From Minisyncoccota bacterium (GTDB lineage Bacteria; Patescibacteriota; Minisyncoccia; Phycocordibacterales; UBA9973): a stretch of DNA of 64,000 bases. Below, piece after piece: positions 54,642-63,530 of the stretch. Below the pieces are notes generated by a model. That model was not told where the DNA came from, ran no database searches, and saw only the letters and a list, made by a program, of their open reading frames with translations. Both the position numbers and the translations under genes were made by a program. Positions within the stretch are counted from its first letter, which is position 1; every line of letters starts with the position of its first letter. The stretch covers positions 26,838 through 90,837 of the forward strand of contig JBAYHW010000002.1 in the NCBI GenBank assembly GCA_041665925.1. Direction: 5' to 3'.

Positions 54642-55448
54642 ATGAACAAAATAAAAAACATCACGAAAGGTTTCCTTGTATTAGCCCTCTTGGCAGGTGC
54701 CTTTATGGCAACTCCAGTGAGAGCTGAAGATAACAATAGTGGGAATGAATTCTCTAATGCCCGCGCATCTTTAAAAGCTGATGCGATGATTAGATTAGAT
54801 AATTCAGTAGGAGTAGTTATGGGTTCCAACAACGCGATTAGAGTTATGGGTGCGAAAGTCACTGCTGTATCTGGTAATGACATAAGCGTAACTGTTCCAT
54901 TCGGAAATAGTTCTCTCAACTTCGTCGTGAAAACTAATACCCAAACTAAAGTAAACGGTAAATTACTATCTGATCCATCTGTGCTCGCTTTGCTTAAAGT
55001 TGGGAATAAAATCAGCTTCGCTGGTATAATTTCATCTTCTTCTAGCTCTTCTATCACCGTAGATGGAAGTCATGTAGTCAGTCAGGATCTTTATAGTAAT
55101 GGTAGACCAGAAAATAAAACTTCTTTCCAGGGTGAAGTAAAAGCAATCAACGTTGCTGATAATTCATTTACGCTTAAACTAAAAAGTGGCGTATCTGTAA
55201 AGGTAGCTCTCTCAAGTGCTGCTGTTATCACTCTAGATGGAACAGTTAAAACTTTAGCTTCATTAAACGTAGGAGATGAAGTGAAGTTAATTGGTGAATT
55301 GAATTCTGATGGAACAGTTATCACTGCGTCAAAAGTTATCATAGATAGTAATGACGATAATAATGATAACGACAACAACGGAAAAAATGATGAAGGAAAA
55401 GAAAATAAGAGCTGGTTCGGAAAGTTCCGAAACTGGTTTTGGAACTAA
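54642..55448 (+). CDS. Secreted beta-rich repeat protein with D/N-rich stretch and aromatic C-terminus
   Basis: 268 aa. Signal peptide (LVLALLAGAFMATPVRA). Two or three similar ~60-aa units (e.g. VTAVSGNDISVTV / VKVALSSAAVITLDG). C-terminal DDNNDNDNNGKNDEGKENKSWFGKFRNWFWN. Confidence 0.5.
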   Translation: MNKIKNITKGFLVLALLAGAFMATPVRAEDNNSGNEFSNARASLKADAMIRLDNSVGVVMGSNNAIRVMGAKVTAVSGNDISVTVPFGNSSLNFVVKTNTQTKVNGKLLSDPSVLALLKVGNKISFAGIISSSSSSSITVDGSHVVSQDLYSNGRPENKTSFQGEVKAINVADNSFTLKLKSGVSVKVALSSAAVITLDGTVKTLASLNVGDEVKLIGELNSDGTVITASKVIIDSNDDNNDNDNNGKNDEGKENKSWFGKFRNWFWN

Positions 55449-55510
55449 TCATCTCTGATATATCCTAAATATATCTTAACAAAAAGAGCCCATCTGGGCT
55501 CCTTTTGTGT

Positions 55511-56104
55511 TTATTGTGCTAATGCGGTATTTACAATATCCTCTAATTCTTGTTCGTTAGTGAATAAATATGATTTAATCCCTAAACTCTGAGCTACATC
55601 TATGTGTTTTTGTTGATCATCAAAATATATGCAATCTCCTGGTTTAAGATTATTTTCAGCTAATACTAATTCCCAAGCTCTTTTGTCAGGTTTTTTAAAT
55701 CCAGTTTGCCAAGAAAAATAGACTTTATCTACTGCTTCGTGGACCCAAGAATAATGTCCGTAGTATTCTGATCGTTCCTTAAAATTATTAGAAAGAATAA
55801 AAACCTTAATCCCCTTTTCTCTAAGAGATTTTGCAAATTCTATCATTTGCTCTGAAGATTTTTCTGCCTGAAACCAATAATCCCAGAATTCTTTTTCAGA
55901 AAAATTAATTTTCCATTTTTCTAAATATGGTTTCCAATATTGAAAAGCAGGCCCAGCATCTGGCTGTCTTACTTTAGTCATTATCTCTAATAAGATAGGT
56001 TTAAATTCAGATTTTGGAATATTGAAATCCTTTTCAAACCTGTCACTTAGTTTGGGACTTTGTAAAAATATTCCATTTAGATCAAAAATTACTGCTTTTA
56101 TCAT
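55511..56104 (-). CDS. HAD-superfamily (subfamily IA-like) hydrolase
   Basis: 197 aa. Motif I VIFDLNGIF (variant), motif II ILSNN, motif III K in KKPD, motif IV IYFDDQ. Confidence 0.55.
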   Translation of the reverse strand: MIKAVIFDLNGIFLQSPKLSDRFEKDFNIPKSEFKPILLEIMTKVRQPDAGPAFQYWKPYLEKWKINFSEKEFWDYWFQAEKSSEQMIEFAKSLREKGIKVFILSNNFKERSEYYGHYSWVHEAVDKVYFSWQTGFKKPDKRAWELVLAENNLKPGDCIYFDDQQKHIDVAQSLGIKSYLFTNEQELEDIVNTALAQ

Positions 56105-56246
56105 TATCTTAATATATTTTTTTGCAATTCTTTCAGGAACATAAAATTTTAATATAAAAACTTGGTATCTGATACTATATTGAAGTAGTTTTACCTTAAA
56201 ATTCCAATACCTACCAACAGCTGATCAATTAATTTAAATATATCGG

Positions 56247-56927
56247 TCAATTTATAAGCTTCGTACTGGGCTTCAAACATTTTTTTACCTTATGTGTTTG
56301 TTTCATTATTTCACTTAATACCTGAGGTTGCACTAAGCGATTCGCTAGTGTAGCGATACCATCTTTCGTATCAATTTCCCTATCTTCAAAATCGTCTATT
56401 AATTGAATAAGGAAACCGAGTTCCTCGTAGCAATTTTGTTTTTTTATATCCATATGGGGGCTTACCTCAAGGGCAAGCATTAAGGCAGCCTTGCCTCCTT
56501 TTCTTTTGGTTATGTCACGGATCGTGTTTAAAGAAATACCCTTCTCTCTTTGTTGTATAGAGTCTATTTGAGCTTTAGTTAAATCTACAAGTACAGCCAA
56601 GGATTCTGTGGTTAGGTTTTCTTGTGCCAATACCAAGGCGCGATTTAAATAAGAATCTAAATGTGGAGATTTTGTTTCCCTTTCAGTAATTACTCGCAAT
56701 ATCTCTCTTCCTCTAAGTTTAGCGGTTTGTGTGTTTTTTTGATCGAAAGCAGAATCAAAAGTTCTCTCTGCTCCTCCAATAATTGCTGCAGCATTTTTTT
56801 GATTTTTATTTAATTTAACACCTTCTAATTCGGAAATAATTTTTGCTACTCGCACTGATTTTTCAGCGCTAATTACTTCAGCGCCAAGTTCAGGTGCTAT
56901 AACTTTTGATGGTTCGATTTCTCTCAT
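56247..56927 (-). CDS. Polyprenyl synthetase-like protein, N-terminally short (lacks first DDxxD region)
   Basis: 226 aa. Second aspartate-rich motif FLIQLIDDFED and KGGKAALMLALE resemble the C-terminal two-thirds of trans-isoprenyl diphosphate synthases. No FARM-type first motif. The start abuts a tRNA gene. Confidence 0.45.
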   Translation of the reverse strand: MREIEPSKVIAPELGAEVISAEKSVRVAKIISELEGVKLNKNQKNAAAIIGGAERTFDSAFDQKNTQTAKLRGREILRVITERETKSPHLDSYLNRALVLAQENLTTESLAVLVDLTKAQIDSIQQREKGISLNTIRDITKRKGGKAALMLALEVSPHMDIKKQNCYEELGFLIQLIDDFEDREIDTKDGIATLANRLVQPQVLSEIMKQTHKVKKCLKPSTKLIN

Positions 56928-56949
56928 GATTTTGTCATATTAAACTTAC

Positions 56950-57023
56950 TGGCTGGGAGACTTGGAATCGAACCAAGATTCACGGCTTCAAAGGCCGCTG
57001 TCCTACCGTTAGACGATCTCCCA
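56950..57023 (-). tRNA. tRNA-Gln (anticodon UUG), CCA encoded
   Basis: Manual fold of the reverse complement: acceptor UGGGAGA/UCUCCCA (7 bp), D-stem GUCU/GGAC, anticodon stem GCGGC/GCCGU with loop CUUUGAA (U33, anticodon UUG, A37), T-arm CUUGG-UUCGAUU-CCAAG, discriminator G, CCA. Confidence 0.8.
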
Positions 57024-57064
57024 ATAACACACATCTAGATTAACATAATTCTCTCCATAAATCA

Positions 57065-57508
57065 TTATTGATATTTTTTGTATTTACGCAAGAATTTTTT
57101 CAACTTTTTTGTTAGAATTCCTATTCTATACTTGTTGATCTCAAACATTTCCTTTTCTTGATTTGTACTTTCATTGGTGTAAGTAGCCCAAGATCGTTCA
57201 TAACGTTTTAGCATGTCCTCTATATTCTTCAAAGTAACATCGGCGTTCACTAAGGCTGTTTTTAAGTCAAAAATTTCTAAACCTTTAATTTGTTTTTCCC
57301 AATTTGATATATTTTTTTCAAAACTTTGTAAAAAGACCCTCGAAGGTATATCTCGATTTTCTAATTCTAGTGGGCTTAAAGCTGAATCGTCTCCAGCCAT
57401 CCAGTCTACAGCCGCATTCATTTCGTCAGGTGAAGCATTTTCCTGCCCAGTAAGATGTAATGATAGTTTCTCCTTTGGATCTTCCTTTTTGGGCTGTTTT
57501 TCTTTCAT
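57065..57508 (-). CDS. Hypothetical protein (147 aa)
   Basis: Overlaps dnaX stop. Charged, with a K-rich C-terminus. Not YbaB-like. Confidence 0.4.
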   Translation of the reverse strand: MKEKQPKKEDPKEKLSLHLTGQENASPDEMNAAVDWMAGDDSALSPLELENRDIPSRVFLQSFEKNISNWEKQIKGLEIFDLKTALVNADVTLKNIEDMLKRYERSWATYTNESTNQEKEMFEINKYRIGILTKKLKKFLRKYKKYQ

Positions 57509-58551
57509 TTTATTTTTTTTTCTTCTAAAATCTTTATTAACGCAAGTTCGAGTGGGAGTTCAGCTATAAAAGCATTATCTATGTTTTGATAAGCTTCTAG
57601 GAGAACAGAGAGCGCCCCAGAACGAAGCATACCTTCCTTGTCTTCTTTCACCAGGTCTTTTAGAAATTCTAAATCTCCTTCCGACAACTCCCCCATCATT
57701 GTATCTTTTAATTTCGGTGCATAGCGTAAAATTATCGCCATTCGGAATTTCTGGATTACGAGTTTGAAATATAATTTAATGTCTAAATTGTCTCCAGAAA
57801 CATTTTTAAGAACCGCAATCCCTTTTTCTAAATCCTTGTGAGCTATGGCCGAAATAAACTCATTAACCAGGGTCGTCTTCGGTGCCCCAGTAATCTTCTC
57901 CACGTCTTCTCTTTTGATTTTCTTTCCTTTGGCGAAGTTTAAAACTTTTTGTAACTCTCCCAAAGCATCACGAAACGAGCCGTCAGCCAAGATAGATAGG
58001 AGTTCTGCAGATCCAGCGTCTAGCTCGAATCCCTCCTGCTCTGCGACATCTAAAATAATTTTTCTTAAAATCACTTCAGTTGGCTTTTTGAAAGTGAAAA
58101 CCTGACAGCGAGAAATTATTGTTTCGGGTACCTTGTGAAATTCAGTAGTCGCTAAAATAAATATCACGTGCTTCGGAGGTTCTTCTAGCGTTTTAAGTAA
58201 TGCGCCCCAAGCATCCTTGGAAAGCATGTGTACCTCATCAATAATGTAGACCTTGTACTTTGAATCAAATGGTAATACCCGGACTCCATCTCGAAGCTCT
58301 TTAATATCCTCTATGCCTCTATTGGAAGCAGCGTCTATTTCATAGAGATCATTAACTGATACACCAATTTTATCAGCAAAAATTCTAGCCACTGAGGTCT
58401 TCCCCGTACCCCGAGAACCAACGAATAGATACGCATGAGAGACTTTATTCGTCTCTACTGAGCTTTCTAGGACCTTGACGATATGATCCTGACCTAAAAC
58501 TTCCTTGAAGTTTTTCGGCCTGTATTTACGGTATAAAGCTAAATCATGCAT
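57505..58551 (-). CDS. dnaX: DNA polymerase III subunit gamma/tau (short form)
   Basis: 348 aa. KYRPKNFKEVLGQDHIV...HAYLFVGSRGTGKTSVARIFA (AAA+ clamp-loader Walker A) and a sensor/SRC region. Confidence 0.85.
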   Translation of the reverse strand: MHDLALYRKYRPKNFKEVLGQDHIVKVLESSVETNKVSHAYLFVGSRGTGKTSVARIFADKIGVSVNDLYEIDAASNRGIEDIKELRDGVRVLPFDSKYKVYIIDEVHMLSKDAWGALLKTLEEPPKHVIFILATTEFHKVPETIISRCQVFTFKKPTEVILRKIILDVAEQEGFELDAGSAELLSILADGSFRDALGELQKVLNFAKGKKIKREDVEKITGAPKTTLVNEFISAIAHKDLEKGIAVLKNVSGDNLDIKLYFKLVIQKFRMAIILRYAPKLKDTMMGELSEGDLEFLKDLVKEDKEGMLRSGALSVLLEAYQNIDNAFIAELPLELALIKILEEKKIK

Positions 58552-58587
58552 AAAATCATTCTAGCAAATTATTATGTAAAAATCACT

Positions 58588-59490
58588 TTATTTTCGCAAG
58601 ATCGTAATCATATATACCCATAATCTTTCCCTAAAAGCATAAGGCATTAGATAACCCGCTGGTATGTTATAAAGAAATTTTTTAGGTAAAATTATTTTTA
58701 ACAACTTAGCCAACAAAGGGCGGTGAAAATACCTATCAGCTAAACGTTCCATTCTTTTACTAGAGGGTATTAGGTATAAAGAAACATCTTCTTCTTTAAT
58801 AATTGTAAAATTATTTTTTTGAATTATGTTTTTAAAACCTTTATATGTTTCAAGTTTATTCAATGCTAATCCTCTCTCAATTAATTTCATAGCCAATAAC
58901 TCATTAGATGAATATTTTTCTTCTTCATTTCGATAACCATCAAAAATAACAAAAAAACCACCCGGCTTAAGAACACGATGAACTTCAGATACCACCTGAT
59001 TTTTATCTTCACTATGACACAAAGCTTCGATAACGAAAACTATATCGAAGGAAGAAGATTTAAAAGATTTAAGGTTGTGGTAATCCTCATTTTTTAAGTG
59101 AAAATTCCGCACTTTCGCTGTTTTTTCATAAGCATGAGTTAATTGAGCATTAGAGATATCTATTCCATAAAATTCTGTATGAGGAAATTTGTTTGATAAA
59201 TAAAAAGAATTAGAACCTCTTCCTGTGGCTAACTCAAGCACTTTTGTTGAATGATTTTCTTTTATTATGTTTTGAATAATTCTAGCTTGTTCTAATAAGT
59301 CTGATTCTTTATAGATACCGTCTCGACTTATACCAAAATGTATATAATCTTTATTATAGAAAAATGTGTAAGGAGTCTGATTAATTTTATAATATTTCTG
59401 AATATATGACTCATCGCTTTTTAATTTAATTATGGCTTCCACATCAAACACATTTTTTATTGTATTAAGTTTTGTTTCTAGTTCGTTCAT
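58588..59490 (-). CDS. Class I SAM-dependent methyltransferase
   Basis: 300 aa. Motif I VLELATGRGSNSFYL, acidic YGIDIS, motif IV-like LKPGGFFVIFD. Very AT-rich gene. Confidence 0.6.
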   Translation of the reverse strand: MNELETKLNTIKNVFDVEAIIKLKSDESYIQKYYKINQTPYTFFYNKDYIHFGISRDGIYKESDLLEQARIIQNIIKENHSTKVLELATGRGSNSFYLSNKFPHTEFYGIDISNAQLTHAYEKTAKVRNFHLKNEDYHNLKSFKSSSFDIVFVIEALCHSEDKNQVVSEVHRVLKPGGFFVIFDGYRNEEEKYSSNELLAMKLIERGLALNKLETYKGFKNIIQKNNFTIIKEEDVSLYLIPSSKRMERLADRYFHRPLLAKLLKIILPKKFLYNIPAGYLMPYAFRERLWVYMITILRK

Positions 59491-60446
59491 ATAGCATTTA
59501 AAAAATCATTAGTAATATTTTCCACCTGTGAAGCATCTTCGGCTTCCATTAACTTCATGCGGAGTTCTTTGGCGCCATCGAAACCGTTCACGTATGCTTT
59601 GTAGTGCTTTTTCATGATTGCAAAATTTTTATACTCACCTAATAGTTCTTCGAAAAGTTTCGTATGCTCAACCATTACTTGTAACTTTTCTTTAAGTGAT
59701 GGAATCCTGCCACTAAAAAGCCACGGGTTCCCAAAAATTGCTCTACCGAGCATCACTCCATCACAACCAGTTTCTTCTACTTTTCTTTTTGCATCTTCTA
59801 GGTCAACTACATCACCATTTCCGAAAATTAAAGTGTTCGGACTCACCTCATCTCTAATTTCAACAATACGTTTCATCAGATCCCAGTGTGCAGGCACGTC
59901 CGACATTTCTTTACGAGTTCGCAAATGCACAGTCAATACTGCTAAGTCTAGAGAGAGGAGCTCACGAATCCAAGTCTCGATTTCGTTCTTATTGTATCCA
60001 ATTCGTGTTTTTACAGATACAGGTAATCCTCCTCCGCCTTCTTTCGCAGCTTTTATTATTTCTTTTGCTAAATGTGGATCTTTAATACATGCAGCACCAG
60101 CACTTTGTTTTTCTACAGATTTATCAGGACATCCCATATTTATGTCTATGCCATCAAAACCGAGCTCCTTACAAAGCTTGGATGCCTCTTTTATATTTTC
60201 TGGTTTACCCCCGAATATCTGCGCGATTATCGGATGTTCGTTTCCCGCATACTTCAAATCAATTAGAAGTTTTTCCCGGGCTTGGGGGTGCGAGAGCCCA
60301 TCCGCAGATACGAATTCAGTCCAGAACACGTCTGGTTTACCGTATTTATTAATAATCTGCCTGAAGGCACAGTCAGTCACGTCCGCCATCGGAGCCAAAA
60401 CAAAAACTGGTTTCTGTAATTTTCCCCAAAAGCCCAAATAACTCAT
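59487..60446 (-). CDS. tRNA-dihydrouridine synthase
   Basis: 319 aa. VFVLAPMADVTDCAFRQI N-terminus, TIM-barrel FMN site (DINMGCP), and catalytic Cys region. Confidence 0.85.
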   Translation of the reverse strand: MSYLGFWGKLQKPVFVLAPMADVTDCAFRQIINKYGKPDVFWTEFVSADGLSHPQAREKLLIDLKYAGNEHPIIAQIFGGKPENIKEASKLCKELGFDGIDINMGCPDKSVEKQSAGAACIKDPHLAKEIIKAAKEGGGGLPVSVKTRIGYNKNEIETWIRELLSLDLAVLTVHLRTRKEMSDVPAHWDLMKRIVEIRDEVSPNTLIFGNGDVVDLEDAKRKVEETGCDGVMLGRAIFGNPWLFSGRIPSLKEKLQVMVEHTKLFEELLGEYKNFAIMKKHYKAYVNGFDGAKELRMKLMEAEDASQVENITNDFLNAI

Positions 60447-61318
60447 TGGAATTTGTTGTAAACCTTATTCCCAAACCTTAGATCAATGTATAAAAGTGAA
60501 GACAAATTATTTTTTAATTTAGACTTTAGAGGTTCTGTGCTAATCGCTGCTTGTAAATTTTCTGCTACTTTCTCTAAGTCATCGTCTAGTTTAAAAATTA
60601 TTTTTCCACCTACTCCTGGTTCCTTAGAAAGAGCAAAATTTCCATTACCCGAATTGTCAGACCAGAAAGCGGTCGGGCTAGGCATCATTTTTTCAATTGC
60701 TATTTTAAATTTCACTACCTCCGCGAACTTATTTTTAAGGAAATAAAATCCCAAAGGAGTTTCAGCACTTAAATTTTCAATAGAACCATAGAATTTAAAA
60801 TAAACTCCTCCGGAAAAATATGGCGCTTCATCAAAGATATATCCATCGGCATCCATAAAATAACATTTTTGATTATCGACACTACTTAAAACTGGCACAA
60901 TTTCCCCGCACCAAGTATATTTAGCTTCCCGCTCAGTTATCGTAACTTCTAAAATTTTATTATCTTTTATTGTTAGGGTGATATCTTTAATTCTTTTAAA
61001 TCTATCATGCAGTGCATTTTTTATTGATTCTTTGGAATAGTATAGAATATTTGTTTTTGGGAATAGCCAGAGATGCTTACCTGCGAGTTTGTCTTTGATG
61101 GAACTTTTTAATATTTCACTATCTAGAACTTTATTACCGACAATTTGAATTTCTCCAATATTAATATTTTTAAGACTAGAGACGTATGCCAACCCCCCGA
61201 AAATTACCACTAATCCTATCAGTAAAATTAAAAATTTATTCAAAACAGCTAAACGGCGTCTTTTTTTCAACTCTGAAAGACGTGGTGAGCTTAAAACATT
61301 TCGTCTCTTTGTCCTCAT
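60443..61318 (-). CDS. Cell division protein FtsQ/DivIB-like (POTRA)
   Basis: 291 aa. Basic N-terminus, one TM helix, then POTRA-like IGEIQIVGNKVLDSEILKSSIKDKLAGKHLWLF. Confidence 0.5.
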   Translation of the reverse strand: MRTKRRNVLSSPRLSELKKRRRLAVLNKFLILLIGLVVIFGGLAYVSSLKNINIGEIQIVGNKVLDSEILKSSIKDKLAGKHLWLFPKTNILYYSKESIKNALHDRFKRIKDITLTIKDNKILEVTITEREAKYTWCGEIVPVLSSVDNQKCYFMDADGYIFDEAPYFSGGVYFKFYGSIENLSAETPLGFYFLKNKFAEVVKFKIAIEKMMPSPTAFWSDNSGNGNFALSKEPGVGGKIIFKLDDDLEKVAENLQAAISTEPLKSKLKNNLSSLLYIDLRFGNKVYNKFQ

Positions 61319-62601
61319 TTAATGAATTGCTTACCTCCCATATATGGTACTAAAACATCTGGAATTTTAATTGAACCGTCTTCTTGTTGATAGTTTTCTA
61401 CTATTTGGCAAATTATTCTAGGCATAGCGAGAGCGGTGTTGTTGAGTGAATGTACAAAACGAAGCTTACCATCATCGTCTTTATATCGAATACTTAATCT
61501 CCTAGTCTGAAAATCATGAAAATAAGATGAGGAGTGTGTTTCTCTATATTTGCCATCACTCGGCATCCAGGCTTCTATGTCATATTTTTTTACTTGTCCG
61601 AGGCCTAAGTCTCCTCCACAATTCACAACTACATGATATGGTAGCTTTAACTCTTGCAGTAGAGCTTCGGAATTTAAAGTAAGCTCTTCATGTAGACGCA
61701 CAGACTCTTCGTGAGATGCTTCACATAAAACGACTTGTTCATATTTTACAAATTCATGAATTCTAAATATTCCTTTAGTATCCTTACCGTGACTCCCCGC
61801 TTCTCGTCGAAAACATGGAGAAGAAGAGAAAAATTTAATCGGTAAATCTTTCTTATCAATTATTTCATTCATATAGTAACCCATCGTAGAAACTTCAGCC
61901 GTCCCAGCAAGGTAGTCAGAATCTTGAGTTTTATATAAATCCTCTTCACTTTGAGGTAAATACCCAGTACCGACGAAAGGCTCTCGACGAAGAAGCGAAG
62001 GTACAACCATAGGTGTAAATCCTTCGCGATTCATAAAACGATCTTCTACGAAATGCATCAATGCCCATTCTAGTCGCGCGCCATCGTTCTTCATAAAATA
62101 TCCTCGAAATCCTGCAACTTTACTCCCTCGCTCGTAGTCTGCCATGTCGTGCATGAGCATCAGCTCCACGTGACTTTTGGGAGTAAAAGAAAAATTTGGT
62201 TTTTCTCCCCAGGCTCGTACCTCCACATTTTCCTCATCTGAAGCGCCTTCTGGTACTGACATATCTGGAATATTTGGTACCTGAACCATTAATTTCTGCC
62301 AATCTTCCATCAAAACTTTCAATTTTTCTTCTTTGGTTTTTGTTTCTTCTTTAACTGCGCGCATTTCCTCGATGAGTTGAATTTTAAGTGCTGGGTCTTG
62401 ATCGCGAGCAATGTCGTTAGAAACTCTATTGACTTCGCTTCGAAGTTCTTCTACTTCTTTTAAGACTGCCAGCCTCTCATCATCTAATTTTATCAAGGCT
62501 TCAATGTCTATGTCTATACGCTTTTTCTTGGCGCCTGCCTGTACTATGTCTTTATTTTCACGAATGAATTTGATATCTAACATATTTGTATTGTATAACA
62601 A
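61315..62601 (-). CDS. serS: Seryl-tRNA synthetase
   Basis: 428 aa. N-terminal coiled-coil arm (MLDIKFIRENKDIV...) and class II core motifs. Confidence 0.9.
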   Translation of the reverse strand: MLYNTNMLDIKFIRENKDIVQAGAKKKRIDIDIEALIKLDDERLAVLKEVEELRSEVNRVSNDIARDQDPALKIQLIEEMRAVKEETKTKEEKLKVLMEDWQKLMVQVPNIPDMSVPEGASDEENVEVRAWGEKPNFSFTPKSHVELMLMHDMADYERGSKVAGFRGYFMKNDGARLEWALMHFVEDRFMNREGFTPMVVPSLLRREPFVGTGYLPQSEEDLYKTQDSDYLAGTAEVSTMGYYMNEIIDKKDLPIKFFSSSPCFRREAGSHGKDTKGIFRIHEFVKYEQVVLCEASHEESVRLHEELTLNSEALLQELKLPYHVVVNCGGDLGLGQVKKYDIEAWMPSDGKYRETHSSSYFHDFQTRRLSIRYKDDDGKLRFVHSLNNTALAMPRIICQIVENYQQEDGSIKIPDVLVPYMGGKQFIK

Positions 62602-63479
62602 AATGTTATAATCACAAAGTGGAAATCAGAAAGTTACCAAAACAAAAATTTCCTAAAGCGTTATTGGAAATTCCTCAGCCCCCGAAGGATCTATGGGTAA
62701 TGGGCGAAATGCCTCCCGAAGATTTAATTTATCTGTGTGTGGTTGGATCTAGGAAATTTACTTCGTATGGACGTGAAGCTTGTGAGAAAATTATTTCGGG
62801 ACTAAAGGGTTATCCGATAGTTATCGTGTCTGGTCTAGCTATGGGTATCGACGCTATCGCACATAAAAAAGCTCTATCTGTGGGTCTGCGAGCTCTTGTA
62901 TTCCCCGGTTCTGGACTTTCCCCCGAAGCAATGTATCCGAAGACTAATGTAAAATTAGCAAATGAAATTCTAGCCGAAGGTGGGTGTTTAATTTCAGAAT
63001 TTGAACCCGACTTCAAGGCAACGTTGTGGGGTTTCGGAAGGCGCAATAGATTAATGGCAGGAATTTCTAAAGCTGTCCTAATTATAGAGGCCGAAGAAAA
63101 GTCAGGCACACTCATAACCGCTCGCTTGACTACGGAATATAATAGAGATCTCCTTGTTGTCCCTGGTTCCATATTTTCACCAAATTCTAAAGGTGTAAAT
63201 AAATTATTACGAATGGGAGCAACGCCCATAACCTCAAGCGAAGATGTTTTAGAAGCACTTGGCTTCGAACTTCCGAAAGATGAAGAAAAACAAGCAAAAT
63301 TATTTTTAGATTTATTACCTGAAGAAAAAATGGTAGTTAATTTACTTCGTGAGCCACTTCCTCGAGATGATTTAATTCGTGCGATGAAAATGCCCACCCC
63401 CACAGCGAACGCCCTACTTTCCGTAATGGAAATTAAGGGATTGATAAAAGAAGAACTCGGAGAAATACAATTATCATAA
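62586..63479 (+). CDS. dprA: DNA processing protein DprA/Smf
   Basis: 297 aa. VVGSRKFTSYGREACEKII...IVIVSGLAMGIDAIAHKKAL Rossmann-like DprA core, and a C-terminal winged-helix domain. Confidence 0.85.
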   Translation: MYCITKCYNHKVEIRKLPKQKFPKALLEIPQPPKDLWVMGEMPPEDLIYLCVVGSRKFTSYGREACEKIISGLKGYPIVIVSGLAMGIDAIAHKKALSVGLRALVFPGSGLSPEAMYPKTNVKLANEILAEGGCLISEFEPDFKATLWGFGRRNRLMAGISKAVLIIEAEEKSGTLITARLTTEYNRDLLVVPGSIFSPNSKGVNKLLRMGATPITSSEDVLEALGFELPKDEEKQAKLFLDLLPEEKMVVNLLREPLPRDDLIRAMKMPTPTANALLSVMEIKGLIKEELGEIQLS

Positions 63480-63530
63480 TTTGCTAAAAAAATAGATTTC
63501 GTGTAATACTTGGTCAATAGATACATAAGT

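Noticed and set aside
59614-60441. 275-aa plus-strand ORF.
   Set aside because: It is antisense to the dihydrouridine synthase gene. Its Ser/Pro-rich translation is typical of an antisense frame.
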